From: Planctomycetota bacterium
GTDB taxonomy: Bacteria > Planctomycetota > Phycisphaerae > Sedimentisphaerales > SM23-30
Reading direction: 5' to 3'
Length of the DNA stretch: 42,287 nucleotides
Assembly (NCBI GenBank): GCA_022705365.1
Contig: JAKJEP010000001.1
Span: 22,683-64,969, forward strand
Part shown: positions 24,600 to 33,816 of the stretch, in pieces
How positions within the stretch are numbered: the stretch's first letter is position 1
Layout: each line of letters begins with the position of its first letter
The notes under the pieces: model-generated
Seen by the model: the letters and a program-made list of their open reading frames with translations, nothing else
Database searches by the model: none
What the model was told of the DNA's origin: nothing
Program-made: the position numbers and the translations under genes

Positions 24600-27041
24600 T
24601 CAGGGGGTAGGTTGTTGCGGTGGGACAAGCCAATTCAGTGCCTCCACCGGCCAGAGTCCCAATCGCTCGAAACCCGCCGGCGTCGGCTGTTCATACTGGA
24701 CATAAGCTTGAACTTTCCCCATGATATTGTATAATGGATCACCATCCGCTCTTGAACCAAATACACCAAAACCCATTAACAAAGTGTTTTCGAGATCGAT
24801 TTGAAGTTGTTTTGCGCCGATTGCGTCACAGCGGATAATGCCCGTGGAAGGCGGCGACGCATTCCAATGGTATTGGTCAAATTTTCTGTCACACGGTTGT
24901 GAGAAGTTTAGCACGATTAACCGGCAGTCTTTCAGCTTCACACGTGTGTAGCAGTTTTCGCTTTCCCCTGAATATGTCTGCAAAGCGTTGTCGGGACTAA
25001 CCAAAGTGCAGTCATCGTAAATGACGTCAGGGAATTCAGGCATCGAGGTATGGTTGGCGCCGACATATCCGGCTCCGCAATCGCCCGGCCAATCGGCATT
25101 CATGAAAAAGCATCCCCGGTAGAGGACAGGCTCATCGGGACGCCCAAGAAAAGCCCTGGCTCCGCCACCAACAGCCTGACCGATGCCGACGCAATTTTCA
25201 ACTATGGTGGAGAAAGGCTGCGGGTGACGCTCACTGAAGGGGCCCTCCCATGTGTCCCATTGATCCGCCCAGAACATGCAGTTGCCTGCTGCCACGTAGA
25301 GATTGCGATAAATCCATCGATCCAGCCCAAGGGCCAGGAGGTCCACATCTGGATAATTCTGGATCGTCACCAGGGTTTTTTCCACTCCTTCACGCTGCTG
25401 GTCGGTCAGATTTTTATCTTTGAGTATCTGTTGATACTTTGGCTCCACCACCCTTCGCAACCAACGCCACACAGCCCCCGGCAGACACCAGCAATCGCAA
25501 CTTTTGAAGCCAAGCTGCGGATCGCTAAGGTCGATCACAACCCAACCTTTGGCGCCCGAACCGAGGCGGCCGTCGGCATCGCCGATAATCGTGTTATAGG
25601 CCCCAGCCGCTCCGGGGTGAGGAAAAACCAGAGACCCTTCAAAATAGGTATCCGGTCGAATCACGATAGTATGGCCGCCTTCTTCATCCGGCACGGCTGA
25701 CAGCGCCGCCTGAATGGTATGGAATGCTTTTGGCCAACTGCTGCCGTCCGTGTTGTCACCAAGTTTCGATACATAGATTGTTTTACCCTTCCGCCCGGTA
25801 AAATTGGCTGAAGTCGGATCAAAAGACAAGGACGGCCAGTTAGTCTTTATACGTTTTTCCGCAACCGGGAATCCAGGTACTCCCAGGTCGGTAATCCACT
25901 CCGTGGGCCATGGGCCGATTCGTTCGAAATCCCGCGGCACCGTCTGCTCAAATTGTACATAGACTTGATTGTTGCCCGTGGTGGCATATGATACTTCACC
26001 GCTGCTGGCGCCGAATAACTTGTAGCCCATCATGCGGCAATGTTCGAGATCGACGTGCAGTTGGCTGGCGTCCTTGGCATTGCAGTAGATGACTCCTGAG
26101 GAAGCCTGATCGGGGCCAAACTGGGTCTGCGCGAAATTCAGCACAATCAGCCGGCAGTCTTTCAGCTTCACACGGGTATAGAGGCTGTCATCATGGGAAC
26201 AGGCGGCGCGTAAGGCATTATCGGGCGAGACCAGGGTGCAATCTTCAAATGTCACCTCCGGCTGTTCCGGCATTGCAGCATTTTGGGCACGGATAAATGC
26301 ACCGCCGGCGTTTTGCCAGCGGTCGAGATTCATGAAATGGCAGCGCCGAAACTGGAGCGGCTCATCCTTGCGCCCAATGCCGCCATCCAGATACGCACCG
26401 GCCATACGTCCGATACCGATGCAATCCTCCACCAGCAGGGTACAAGGCGTATTGCTTTCCTGGCCCGCGGCATAGATGCCGAAGGCAGTTTCGCCGCCGG
26501 TGGCACAAATACGGCGGAAGATCCATCGGTCAAAGTTAAGATTGGAGGCCGTGCCGGGCGGCCCGCTAAAATTGCGCCAGCCACTGACACTTTTGAAGCC
26601 CGATTCGGGTGCATCCGACTGGACAATCTGCCAGTTGCCTTCCTTGGCGGGATCGGGACGGACTGCCACACCCGGAGCGCTGCAATCGATGATGACCCAG
26701 CCGGTCGCACCGGAACCCAGCTTGCCGTCAAAATCACCAGCAATCAGGTTGTAGGCCCCCGGTGCGCCCTTGTGCAGGGTGTACAGGTTAGCCTCAACGT
26801 ACGTATCCGGCCGGATGATAATCCTATGCCCGCCCTTGTCATCCGGCACAGCCGCCAGCCCGGCTTGAATCGTATGAAAGGCCTTCGGCCAACTGCTGCC
26901 GTCGGAGTTGTCGCCCTGTTTGGATACATAGATGATGGTTCCTTTGTTACCGGTATAATCAGAGGCAGAAGGATCCGGCGAAACAGCCTGAACAAAATGG
27001 GAAAAAACCAAAATCAAACCAATTGCCAAAATTTTACTCAT
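24600..27041 (-). CDS. exported protein composed of two tandem right-handed beta-helix (pectin-lyase-fold-like) units
   Basis: 813 aa. Signal peptide MSKILAIGLILVFSHFVQA. GGAGG SD 8 nt upstream. Each unit begins IYVSK.GDN.DGSSWPKAFHTIQA.L.AVPD..GGH.I.IRPDTY, which is typical of the N-terminal cap of beta-helix enzymes. Each contains Cys-rich coil-like repeats (DCTLVSPDNAL, YTRVKLKDCRLIVLNF). Confidence 0.75.
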   Translation of the reverse strand: MSKILAIGLILVFSHFVQAVSPDPSASDYTGNKGTIIYVSKQGDNSDGSSWPKAFHTIQAGLAAVPDDKGGHRIIIRPDTYVEANLYTLHKGAPGAYNLIAGDFDGKLGSGATGWVIIDCSAPGVAVRPDPAKEGNWQIVQSDAPESGFKSVSGWRNFSGPPGTASNLNFDRWIFRRICATGGETAFGIYAAGQESNTPCTLLVEDCIGIGRMAGAYLDGGIGRKDEPLQFRRCHFMNLDRWQNAGGAFIRAQNAAMPEQPEVTFEDCTLVSPDNALRAACSHDDSLYTRVKLKDCRLIVLNFAQTQFGPDQASSGVIYCNAKDASQLHVDLEHCRMMGYKLFGASSGEVSYATTGNNQVYVQFEQTVPRDFERIGPWPTEWITDLGVPGFPVAEKRIKTNWPSLSFDPTSANFTGRKGKTIYVSKLGDNTDGSSWPKAFHTIQAALSAVPDEEGGHTIVIRPDTYFEGSLVFPHPGAAGAYNTIIGDADGRLGSGAKGWVVIDLSDPQLGFKSCDCWCLPGAVWRWLRRVVEPKYQQILKDKNLTDQQREGVEKTLVTIQNYPDVDLLALGLDRWIYRNLYVAAGNCMFWADQWDTWEGPFSERHPQPFSTIVENCVGIGQAVGGGARAFLGRPDEPVLYRGCFFMNADWPGDCGAGYVGANHTSMPEFPDVIYDDCTLVSPDNALQTYSGESENCYTRVKLKDCRLIVLNFSQPCDRKFDQYHWNASPPSTGIIRCDAIGAKQLQIDLENTLLMGFGVFGSRADGDPLYNIMGKVQAYVQYEQPTPAGFERLGLWPVEALNWLVPPQQPTP
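24603..26972 (-). repeat. intragenic tandem duplication (two ~385-410-codon units: 25827-26972 and 24603-25826)
   Basis: An exact 24-nt repeat, ccggcagtctttcagcttcacacg, occurs at 24921-24944 and 26151-26174 (offset 1230 nt). An exact 17-nt repeat, ggccaactgctgccgtc, occurs at 25732-25748 and 26887-26903 (offset 1155 nt). Long collinear protein similarity links the two halves. Confidence 0.85.
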
Positions 27042-27053
27042 TTTGATTTCCTC

Positions 27054-29123
27054 CTACCTGGTTTTGTAATGAATTAGTAAGCTAGCCGGCTGGCTTTCGA
27101 GGGTTGCCGTTAGCTGGGAAAGCTGCTGGCCGGTCATCTGCCGGGTTTCGCGGATATCGTAGGTTTCCCGGAAGTCCACATCATACGAGGCAGAGGTGTC
27201 CAGGGCCTTGAGCTGGACCGTAAACGAAGTTTCCGGAGTTTTCGGACGGCGGAAGATAACGGCCACTCCTTCGCCCAGGTCCGGCCGATGGAACTGCCAG
27301 GCACACCAGCTTTCCTCGCTGACATCGATGGCAGAGAGCGGATAAAAATCGCCCAGACATAAGGGACGGAGCAGCTTGATCTCGGCAATCATCTGTTCAG
27401 CGACAGGCTCCTGCCAGCGAAAGCCGCAGTTGGTTCCTGTGGTACAGACGCTGCGCAGAGCATAAGGCGACAGGTCATACAGGCCGTTGCCATGCAGCAG
27501 CACATAGAAACTCAGTCCCGCTGTGGCCGCCTGGTTGGCTAGCGGATTTCCCCCGCAACCTTCAAATTCGCTGCGGGTAAAGGAACCGCTGGAACGGCTT
27601 GCAACCTCCAGGTCAGGTCCGGTACAGCGCCAGTTGGCGTTGTCGATAATCAGGCGCGGGTGCCGCCGGCGCAGTTCATCCCACATGGCATAAAAACCCT
27701 CGATGTGGCGAATCTCGGCCATGCCCTGCCGGTCTTCGGCATCATGCGCCCGCCAGAATATGACCGGATTGAAATTGTGGTCCTGCCGGAAGATATCCAC
27801 ACCATACTCGGTAAACCGCTGCGACAGCAGATCGGTCATCCACTGCCGGGCTTCCGGGATTCCCAGATTGAACAGGTAGTTGCCGGGCCAATCCGGCCAG
27901 CCCGCCTCCCTTTGGGTGAGCAGCCAATGAGGATACTCCCGGGCAATTCGCGAACCCTCGTTAGCCCGCTGGGGCTCCAGCCACAAAAGAAACTTCATCC
28001 CGGCCTGGTGGGCGGCGTCGGAAACCGGCTTTAAACCGTTGGGATAAAGATTCTGGTCGTGAATCCAGTTCCCCGCCCCGTTGGGCCAGCCGCCCTCGAA
28101 CCATCCGGCATCACGCCAGTGAACCTCGACGCCGCGGCCGGAGCAATTGGCGATGGTTTCTATTTCGGTTTTATCCGATGTGGCATACTCAGCCGGAGTC
28201 GGCCAGGTCTGCGAGGCAATGGGAATCGTTACCACCTGACCGTCCAGCCGGGGCACATAGTGCGCCAGCAGCAGGCGGCGAAAGAGATTGTGCCCCCGCA
28301 TCCGGTCCGGGCCATCCCAGAATACCAGCAGCATCCGCGGCGTCCGGATACTCTCGCCGGCATGTAACTTCAGGTGGGTGAGCTGCTGGCCCATACCCAT
28401 ATGAAGCCGCCCGTTCTCACGCCGGACATCCACCGCCCACTGGCCCGTCCAGCCGATCCCGCCGCAAATGCCGGACCCGGATAATTCCAGATTAAAGTAG
28501 GGCAAATATACCTGGGATACGGTTTTTTCGGTTGGATAGGTTATGCTTTCCTTTTCGCCGAGCTTCTGATCCAGCGGCAGAAAGTCGTCCATACGGCCGG
28601 GGCCGCCGTGGCCGTAGTGGAAAACCGGTTCGCAACCGGCTAGCAAATCCGCCTGCAAATCCAGCGGCAGAATATTTTGCAAAAGCGGCGAATCCGCGCT
28701 GCCGCGATTGGTGAAACGAAGCACCCATTCCACCGCCGGAAATTCGTTGAAGGACGTCAACTCACAGACCATCTCCAAATTCGTCTTGGGGTCCAGCCAG
28801 GTAATGTCGCACCGGACTTTCCCCTCGCCGCGAATTTCCTGACCGATGGTTTTTTCCCATCCTGCCAGAAAATCCGCTGACCTCCGGCCATCATATACAA
28901 ACGAAAACGGCACCGTTCCGCTCAGCGCCGCCTGCTCACCCAGCGGGGCTTTTACCTCCTTGACCGCCTGGTCCGCCAGCAGAAACCGGTTCAGCCAGTT
29001 CTGCTGCATATCCGTTTCCCGGCTCTGCGCCAAGGCAGACTGGCCGGAAAAACACCACACCATCATCACCATAACCAGCCAATGAAATTTACCATACGCT
29101 TTCATTTTAAGTTTGTTTTCCAT
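27054..29123 (-). CDS. GH36-like (clan GH-D) protein, divergent paralog 2
   Basis: 689 aa. Signal peptide MKAYGKFHWLVMVMMVWCFSGQSALA. FPAVEWVLRFTN, VHWRDAGWFEGGW, VDIFRQDHNFN. The region equivalent to C-x-GG-R-x-D reads DNANWRCTGPDLE. Confidence 0.75.
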   Translation of the reverse strand: MENKLKMKAYGKFHWLVMVMMVWCFSGQSALAQSRETDMQQNWLNRFLLADQAVKEVKAPLGEQAALSGTVPFSFVYDGRRSADFLAGWEKTIGQEIRGEGKVRCDITWLDPKTNLEMVCELTSFNEFPAVEWVLRFTNRGSADSPLLQNILPLDLQADLLAGCEPVFHYGHGGPGRMDDFLPLDQKLGEKESITYPTEKTVSQVYLPYFNLELSGSGICGGIGWTGQWAVDVRRENGRLHMGMGQQLTHLKLHAGESIRTPRMLLVFWDGPDRMRGHNLFRRLLLAHYVPRLDGQVVTIPIASQTWPTPAEYATSDKTEIETIANCSGRGVEVHWRDAGWFEGGWPNGAGNWIHDQNLYPNGLKPVSDAAHQAGMKFLLWLEPQRANEGSRIAREYPHWLLTQREAGWPDWPGNYLFNLGIPEARQWMTDLLSQRFTEYGVDIFRQDHNFNPVIFWRAHDAEDRQGMAEIRHIEGFYAMWDELRRRHPRLIIDNANWRCTGPDLEVASRSSGSFTRSEFEGCGGNPLANQAATAGLSFYVLLHGNGLYDLSPYALRSVCTTGTNCGFRWQEPVAEQMIAEIKLLRPLCLGDFYPLSAIDVSEESWCAWQFHRPDLGEGVAVIFRRPKTPETSFTVQLKALDTSASYDVDFRETYDIRETRQMTGQQLSQLTATLESQPASLLIHYKTR

Positions 29124-29178
29124 ATTCTTTTTCCTCTGTATTTTAGAAGGTTGTTAATTTTTTCCGGAAATTCCAATA

Positions 29179-30888
29179 CTATTTCCCATACTCGAAGGCA
29201 ATATGCCGTATGATTGTACCGGACGAGCCGGGATTTTTGTCTCCGCGCACCACAATCTTGATGGTATGAGTCTGCTGCGGGGTAAGGCCGGTCTGAACGA
29301 ACGCAAACGGATAGGGCAGGGCACACTCCGGAAAGAAACAATCCACCGTCTGCTGCAATACCTCGTCGATATAAACATCCGCCCTGCCCGCATCGGGACC
29401 GGCGGCGGCCCGCCAGTAGATGCTGCTGCCCCGGAAGGTGAACCGGATGCTTTGTCCCGCCCTGGCGGCGGTGCTGGCCTGCCCCTGGTAGTAATGCTCA
29501 CTACTCTCCACCGTCCAGCCGTCGCCGTCATACTGCACATTCGGATCGGCCGAACCGACGATGCGGGTCTTGCGGCTCTCGATCGGATCGCCGGATTCCG
29601 GATGCGGCTCATACGTGTACGAATCATACGGAGGGAAATAACGGGAAGGTGTACTGCCTTCCTTCAGAGTGATAGTCAGAACCCGGTCTTTTTGCTGACT
29701 GGTTCTCCAATCCCAGAAATTATAGGCTCGCAAGGTCTGCCCGCAGACGGAAGGGTCGACTCCCTTTTCATCGGCCAAAACCGTGGCAAACAGTTCATTG
29801 TCCGGCTGATCGAACAGTTTCGCCATAGGCAGCCAATCCTGTTTGGCCAGGTCGCTGCATGCCGAGATGCAGAGGGAAGCGTCGCGGAAACCAAAGGCCG
29901 CGAATCGCTTATCCGCTATCCCCATCAGAATTCCGATCCGCAGGTACTTCTGCAGATAGGTGCTGTAGATGGTATTGCCATAGATGCCCCGCCGGCTGAA
30001 TCCCACCCGGGACGCCTTGCCGCCCAGGCCCGGCTCCGTCCAGGTGCCGTTGCAAAACTTGAACCATTTACCCGGCGCCATCTTATCGGCGATGGCACAG
30101 CGAGCCACTTCATTGTATGTAACGAAGCTGTTTAGTTGACCCTTTTTGGCGACGAAGCCGTTCCAGCAGGTTACATAGAAATAGCCACCCCGGACATCGG
30201 TATAAAAATCAAAATCAGCCGGTCCCATTTCAAAACTGGATCCCGCGTAGTCCTGTGTGTTCGGAAGGGCGCGCGTCAGGACGTCAACAGGTTTACTCCA
30301 GGTCAGGCCCATATCCTGGCTCATGGCCATGCGGGTTTTCTTGGTGCACCAGCCCTGTTCGCCAATGGGTTCACATTCGGTATGAATCAAGGTGTACAGG
30401 GTTCTGGTCGGTTCGTCCCACCACAGACCGACACCCAGAAAGCCGCCGCCGTGAGCACCGGACAGGTCGGCTGCCCCGTCGGGTTGACGTTCCAGATGAT
30501 CGAGGTCCGGTCCCTTGTAGCGCATGACGCGGCAGTTCCCAAGGTAGAGATCCTGCCATTTAACATGCATGAACCAGACTTCGCCATCAATGACCACCTG
30601 GCGAAAGCCGCAGTCAAACAGACGATTCTCGTGGTCAGCCCCCCACCAGGGCGATTCCTTTTCAGTCACGTCCCAGGCGAAAGGCAGGGAAGCCGCGGCG
30701 GAATCCGCTGCTGGCGGGTTTGACGTCGCTGCGGTGGTTTCCTCTGCCGCCTCCGCAGCCAGTCTCACCCCGCAGCACGATAGAAACAGAACTACCGCCG
30801 TCCGGAGGCAGAGTACCCATAAAGACCTATTCCCTGTTCGTTTACTGTAACTACCAGCTATACGGTCAACCAAATACTCTCGTTTCAT
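29179..30888 (-). CDS. exported protein with one Asp-box (BNR) motif and a C-terminal galactose-binding-like/CBM-type module; family unknown
   Basis: 569 aa. Perfect Asp-box SQDMGLTW (S-x-D-x-G-x-T-W) at 30298-30321. The C-terminal ~130 aa (GQSIRFTFRGSSIYWRAAAGPDAGRADVYIDEV...HTIKIVVRGDKN...IIRHIAFEY) resembles CBM6/35/discoidin-like modules. GAGGA SD overlaps the upstream stop. Confidence 0.65.
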   Translation of the reverse strand: MKREYLVDRIAGSYSKRTGNRSLWVLCLRTAVVLFLSCCGVRLAAEAAEETTAATSNPPAADSAAASLPFAWDVTEKESPWWGADHENRLFDCGFRQVVIDGEVWFMHVKWQDLYLGNCRVMRYKGPDLDHLERQPDGAADLSGAHGGGFLGVGLWWDEPTRTLYTLIHTECEPIGEQGWCTKKTRMAMSQDMGLTWSKPVDVLTRALPNTQDYAGSSFEMGPADFDFYTDVRGGYFYVTCWNGFVAKKGQLNSFVTYNEVARCAIADKMAPGKWFKFCNGTWTEPGLGGKASRVGFSRRGIYGNTIYSTYLQKYLRIGILMGIADKRFAAFGFRDASLCISACSDLAKQDWLPMAKLFDQPDNELFATVLADEKGVDPSVCGQTLRAYNFWDWRTSQQKDRVLTITLKEGSTPSRYFPPYDSYTYEPHPESGDPIESRKTRIVGSADPNVQYDGDGWTVESSEHYYQGQASTAARAGQSIRFTFRGSSIYWRAAAGPDAGRADVYIDEVLQQTVDCFFPECALPYPFAFVQTGLTPQQTHTIKIVVRGDKNPGSSGTIIRHIAFEYGK

Positions 30889-30898
30889 AATAATTTCC

Positions 30899-33700
30899 TC
30901 AATAAATCCCTGTCACCTGGACCGAACCATTAACATCGTGCAGACGAACGATTTCCTTTCCCGCATCGAAATCATTCCACGGCTGGCCATTGACCACCAC
31001 GCTCTGGATGGGAACTTGCCGTGGATGGCGGAAACGCAGATTAACACTCTGGGGAACATTCCGATTGGGTATTTCGATGGTTGCGTTGATCCGGCCGTTG
31101 TCCACATCCGAAGTGATCTCGTAGGCCAGTGTCCCGAAGTACGTCGGGGCATTCTTCACCGAAATCTTCTTGCCCTGCTCCAGCCAGGCACGCGGTGTGC
31201 CGCGGGCTATCCACAAGGATTGCCCCTCCTCCATCACCAAAAGGTTGCGGAAGCATTCCAGGAACCAGCCGGCCGTCCCGTTGTCCGGCGCCTCACAGTT
31301 GGTGTATTGCCCCAGATGCCCCCATTCCCACATCTTGCCATCTGCCCCCGTCATGGCCGCATAGATATTCATCCAGAACCGCAGGAAATTCGGCACATCA
31401 TCCTGCAGCAGGTAGATATTGGCATTGTGCGAGGCTTTGGGCAGGTTGGCTCCATAGCAATTCCAGAACCAGCCGTCGCCGGTCTCTCCCCCGGCTTGGA
31501 CCGAGGCCGTTATCTCTTCCATCACGTTCATGGTGCTGGCGATGTTGGGCGGCAGGATGTAAGCCGTGACCTTGGGGGATGATCCTACCTCCTCCATCAC
31601 CGTCAGGGTATCGTTTATACAGGCATCGCCGGCATCCAGGGCGGCAAACGGCTCCGCCAGCGGCAAAGCCCCAATGATAATATCACACTGGGGACGCTGG
31701 AGAGAACCATACTCCAACGCCAGAATTTCGCCCCGCGTATAAGGTACGCAAGGGATAAAACTGTGATAGACCCCGTCGCGCCCCAGCCGCACCGGCGAAA
31801 GTGCCGCCTCCTGCTCCACCACCCGGCTGATATCCTTGCGAAACGCCTCCGCCTCCTGATGATACTTCCGGCCGGCGTCCGCATCAAACTCCCTCAAGGC
31901 ATCCGCAAACCGCTGCAGTCCCTGCAGGGAAAACGCGTTGTCAGAATAATACCAGCGCCATTCGCAACTGGGCAAGGCATAATCCCCCAGCATGCACGGC
32001 GGCATCAGACCGGCCGCCAGCAGGTCCTGACGGTTGGGTATGTTTTTCATATACAGGGTCCGCTGCCGGATAATCCAGTCCGCCGCCGCCTGCAAGCGCT
32101 GGCGATTCTGCTGGAACCACTCCTTATCGCCGGTCAGAAAATAGCGATCCGCCATAGCAAACAGCATCCGGCCCGTCGAGGCGTGCGTCCCGTCATGGCT
32201 GTAGCCCATGTCATGCCGCATGCTGGTCGCCCACTCCAGCGCCCCATTGCCATCGGTATAATCGCCGTCCGACTTCCCGCCGGGGGACTTCAGGAAATGC
32301 TGATACACCTTGTCCGCTTCCTCGTGCAGTCCCACCATATCCATATCGTGGGCCACCCGACCCACCTCAAACGCCAGTCCGCCCCACATATGCTTGCCCT
32401 TCAACTGATTACAGGCCGCCCGCCAGGCACCCGTCCAGCGTTCATCCGAAAGCTGCACCTGCATGGGCGGTTCTTCCACCGGCGGAAAGGGGGGCACTGC
32501 CGTTCCCGCCGGGCAGGTCGATAAACGTACCTTTTGCATGACTTCTTCCCATGAAGCCGCCTCGCGATGCTCACGGGTCATTTGCCGGATTGTCCTGAGA
32601 TTCTTCATCGTTAATTCCTGAACGAACTGCCGGGCGGTTTGGCCGCCGCCGACCTTTGTTATAAAAATCCCGTGTTCCGGAATCAGGATCGGCCCGTTCG
32701 CCAGGTCACTAATCCGAAAGGTAAAACCACCGGTCTTTGTCCACACCGTAACCCGGCTATCCAGAGCCGGCTGACCGGCAGCCGTGTACAACAACGGTAC
32801 CATGATACCCCGCCTGGCAGCCCCCATAGCCCGCGACTGCCACTGGTTGCCGCCGGTTACCGTTGTACCTTTGTCCTCCACCAATGGCTTCACCGGCCCG
32901 GCTATAGCCACATAGGTTTCAATCCTCCCGCCAAAATCAGACTGCTCCGTCCCGGCCTGAAATCCCCATTCCATTTCCACATCTATCCTCTGCCACACCC
33001 CCATCCCCGGGCTGGTCACATGGATATCCGGCACCGCCGGTCTGGCCCCCTCGTAGAAAACCGCTACCAGTTCCGTGGCGGAGCCGCTGCGATACCAATC
33101 CCTGCCGTCTTTGTGGACGTGGATCGGGATCTCCTCCGTCGAACTGCGTTTATAGGTCCAGGTTCTCCGGTCAGCCGATACCTCCGGCCCGCTCAAAATC
33201 TCATCCTTCGACCAGCCAAACCACCCAAACCCGGTGGGAAACGACCGTACCTCCACCGTTTCCGGCGAGGGAATTTCCGCGGCATCAGACGGCCATTGCA
33301 GCTTTACCTGATAACCTGCCAGCCTACCCGTCCACAGCAGCCCCGCCAGCAAGCCGCCCTTGGGCTGGGGGGGCAGCGGTTCCAGCAATTCTGGTATTTC
33401 ATACGAGATGCTTCGCCGGTCCTGCTCCGCCATTTCATAAAAAGCCGTCCGATACACCTTATCCATCCGCTCCAGCCGCCGGGGGATAAAATACGCCTCC
33501 GGTTTTTCCTGTACCGCCCGGTCCGCCCGCCAGCCATAGGCCCACGGCGAAATGTCCACCGGCTGGCCTGCCATCTGCACCAGCCGGGCCTCATCCACTA
33601 CCCCTGTAATCTGCCCTGCCTCCTCCGCCGCATATAAACCACCAACTGCCATCACGAACACTGCTGCCGCCGCTGACATCCATATTGTTTGTTTTTTCAT
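30899..33700 (-). CDS. large exported protein of unassigned family (possible alpha/alpha-barrel glycosidase-like C-terminal half)
   Basis: The ORF is open to 33721. The ATG at 33700 follows GAAGGA by 6 nt and gives signal peptide MKKQTIWMSAAAAVFVMAVGGLYA. The helix-rich segment HDMGYSHDGTHASTGRMLFAMADRYFLTGDKEWFQQNRQRLQAAADWIIRQR is consistent with six-hairpin glycosidase architectures. So is the beta-sandwich-like tail (LWIARGTPRAWLEQGKKISVKNAPTYFGTLAYEI...VVVNGQPW). No family motif was recognised. Confidence 0.65.
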   Translation of the reverse strand: MKKQTIWMSAAAAVFVMAVGGLYAAEEAGQITGVVDEARLVQMAGQPVDISPWAYGWRADRAVQEKPEAYFIPRRLERMDKVYRTAFYEMAEQDRRSISYEIPELLEPLPPQPKGGLLAGLLWTGRLAGYQVKLQWPSDAAEIPSPETVEVRSFPTGFGWFGWSKDEILSGPEVSADRRTWTYKRSSTEEIPIHVHKDGRDWYRSGSATELVAVFYEGARPAVPDIHVTSPGMGVWQRIDVEMEWGFQAGTEQSDFGGRIETYVAIAGPVKPLVEDKGTTVTGGNQWQSRAMGAARRGIMVPLLYTAAGQPALDSRVTVWTKTGGFTFRISDLANGPILIPEHGIFITKVGGGQTARQFVQELTMKNLRTIRQMTREHREAASWEEVMQKVRLSTCPAGTAVPPFPPVEEPPMQVQLSDERWTGAWRAACNQLKGKHMWGGLAFEVGRVAHDMDMVGLHEEADKVYQHFLKSPGGKSDGDYTDGNGALEWATSMRHDMGYSHDGTHASTGRMLFAMADRYFLTGDKEWFQQNRQRLQAAADWIIRQRTLYMKNIPNRQDLLAAGLMPPCMLGDYALPSCEWRWYYSDNAFSLQGLQRFADALREFDADAGRKYHQEAEAFRKDISRVVEQEAALSPVRLGRDGVYHSFIPCVPYTRGEILALEYGSLQRPQCDIIIGALPLAEPFAALDAGDACINDTLTVMEEVGSSPKVTAYILPPNIASTMNVMEEITASVQAGGETGDGWFWNCYGANLPKASHNANIYLLQDDVPNFLRFWMNIYAAMTGADGKMWEWGHLGQYTNCEAPDNGTAGWFLECFRNLLVMEEGQSLWIARGTPRAWLEQGKKISVKNAPTYFGTLAYEITSDVDNGRINATIEIPNRNVPQSVNLRFRHPRQVPIQSVVVNGQPWNDFDAGKEIVRLHDVNGSVQVTGIY

Positions 33701-33788
33701 AGATTTTCCTTCATATACCAACGTGTGATTTTACCTGAATTTCATCTCCGTATTGTGCCGGTAAGTCCTGTCAAAAAACATGGTAAAA

Positions 33789-33816
33789 TGCGAAATATAT
33801 TTGTTATTTTGCGAAA
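33789..33816. promoter_or_regulatory. candidate operator: direct repeat TGCGAAA spaced 21 bp, in the divergent intergenic region
   Basis: TGCGAAA occurs at 33789-33795 and 33810-33816. Both copies sit in A/T-rich context between the 933-aa gene start (33700) and the regulator start (33855). The 21-bp phasing matches two helical turns, as for AraC-family half-sites. Confidence 0.25.

Noticed and set aside
25050-27077. 216-aa and 264-aa + strand ORFs inside the beta-helix gene. Similar long antisense ORFs occur at 29203-30135, 30938-31582, 31763-32524, 32639-33637, 35108-36022, 37188-37871, 38949-39791 and 40614-41543.
   Set aside because: All are antisense to ORFs with signal peptides, SD sites and family motifs. 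The long antisense frames are expected from the codon bias of the true genes.
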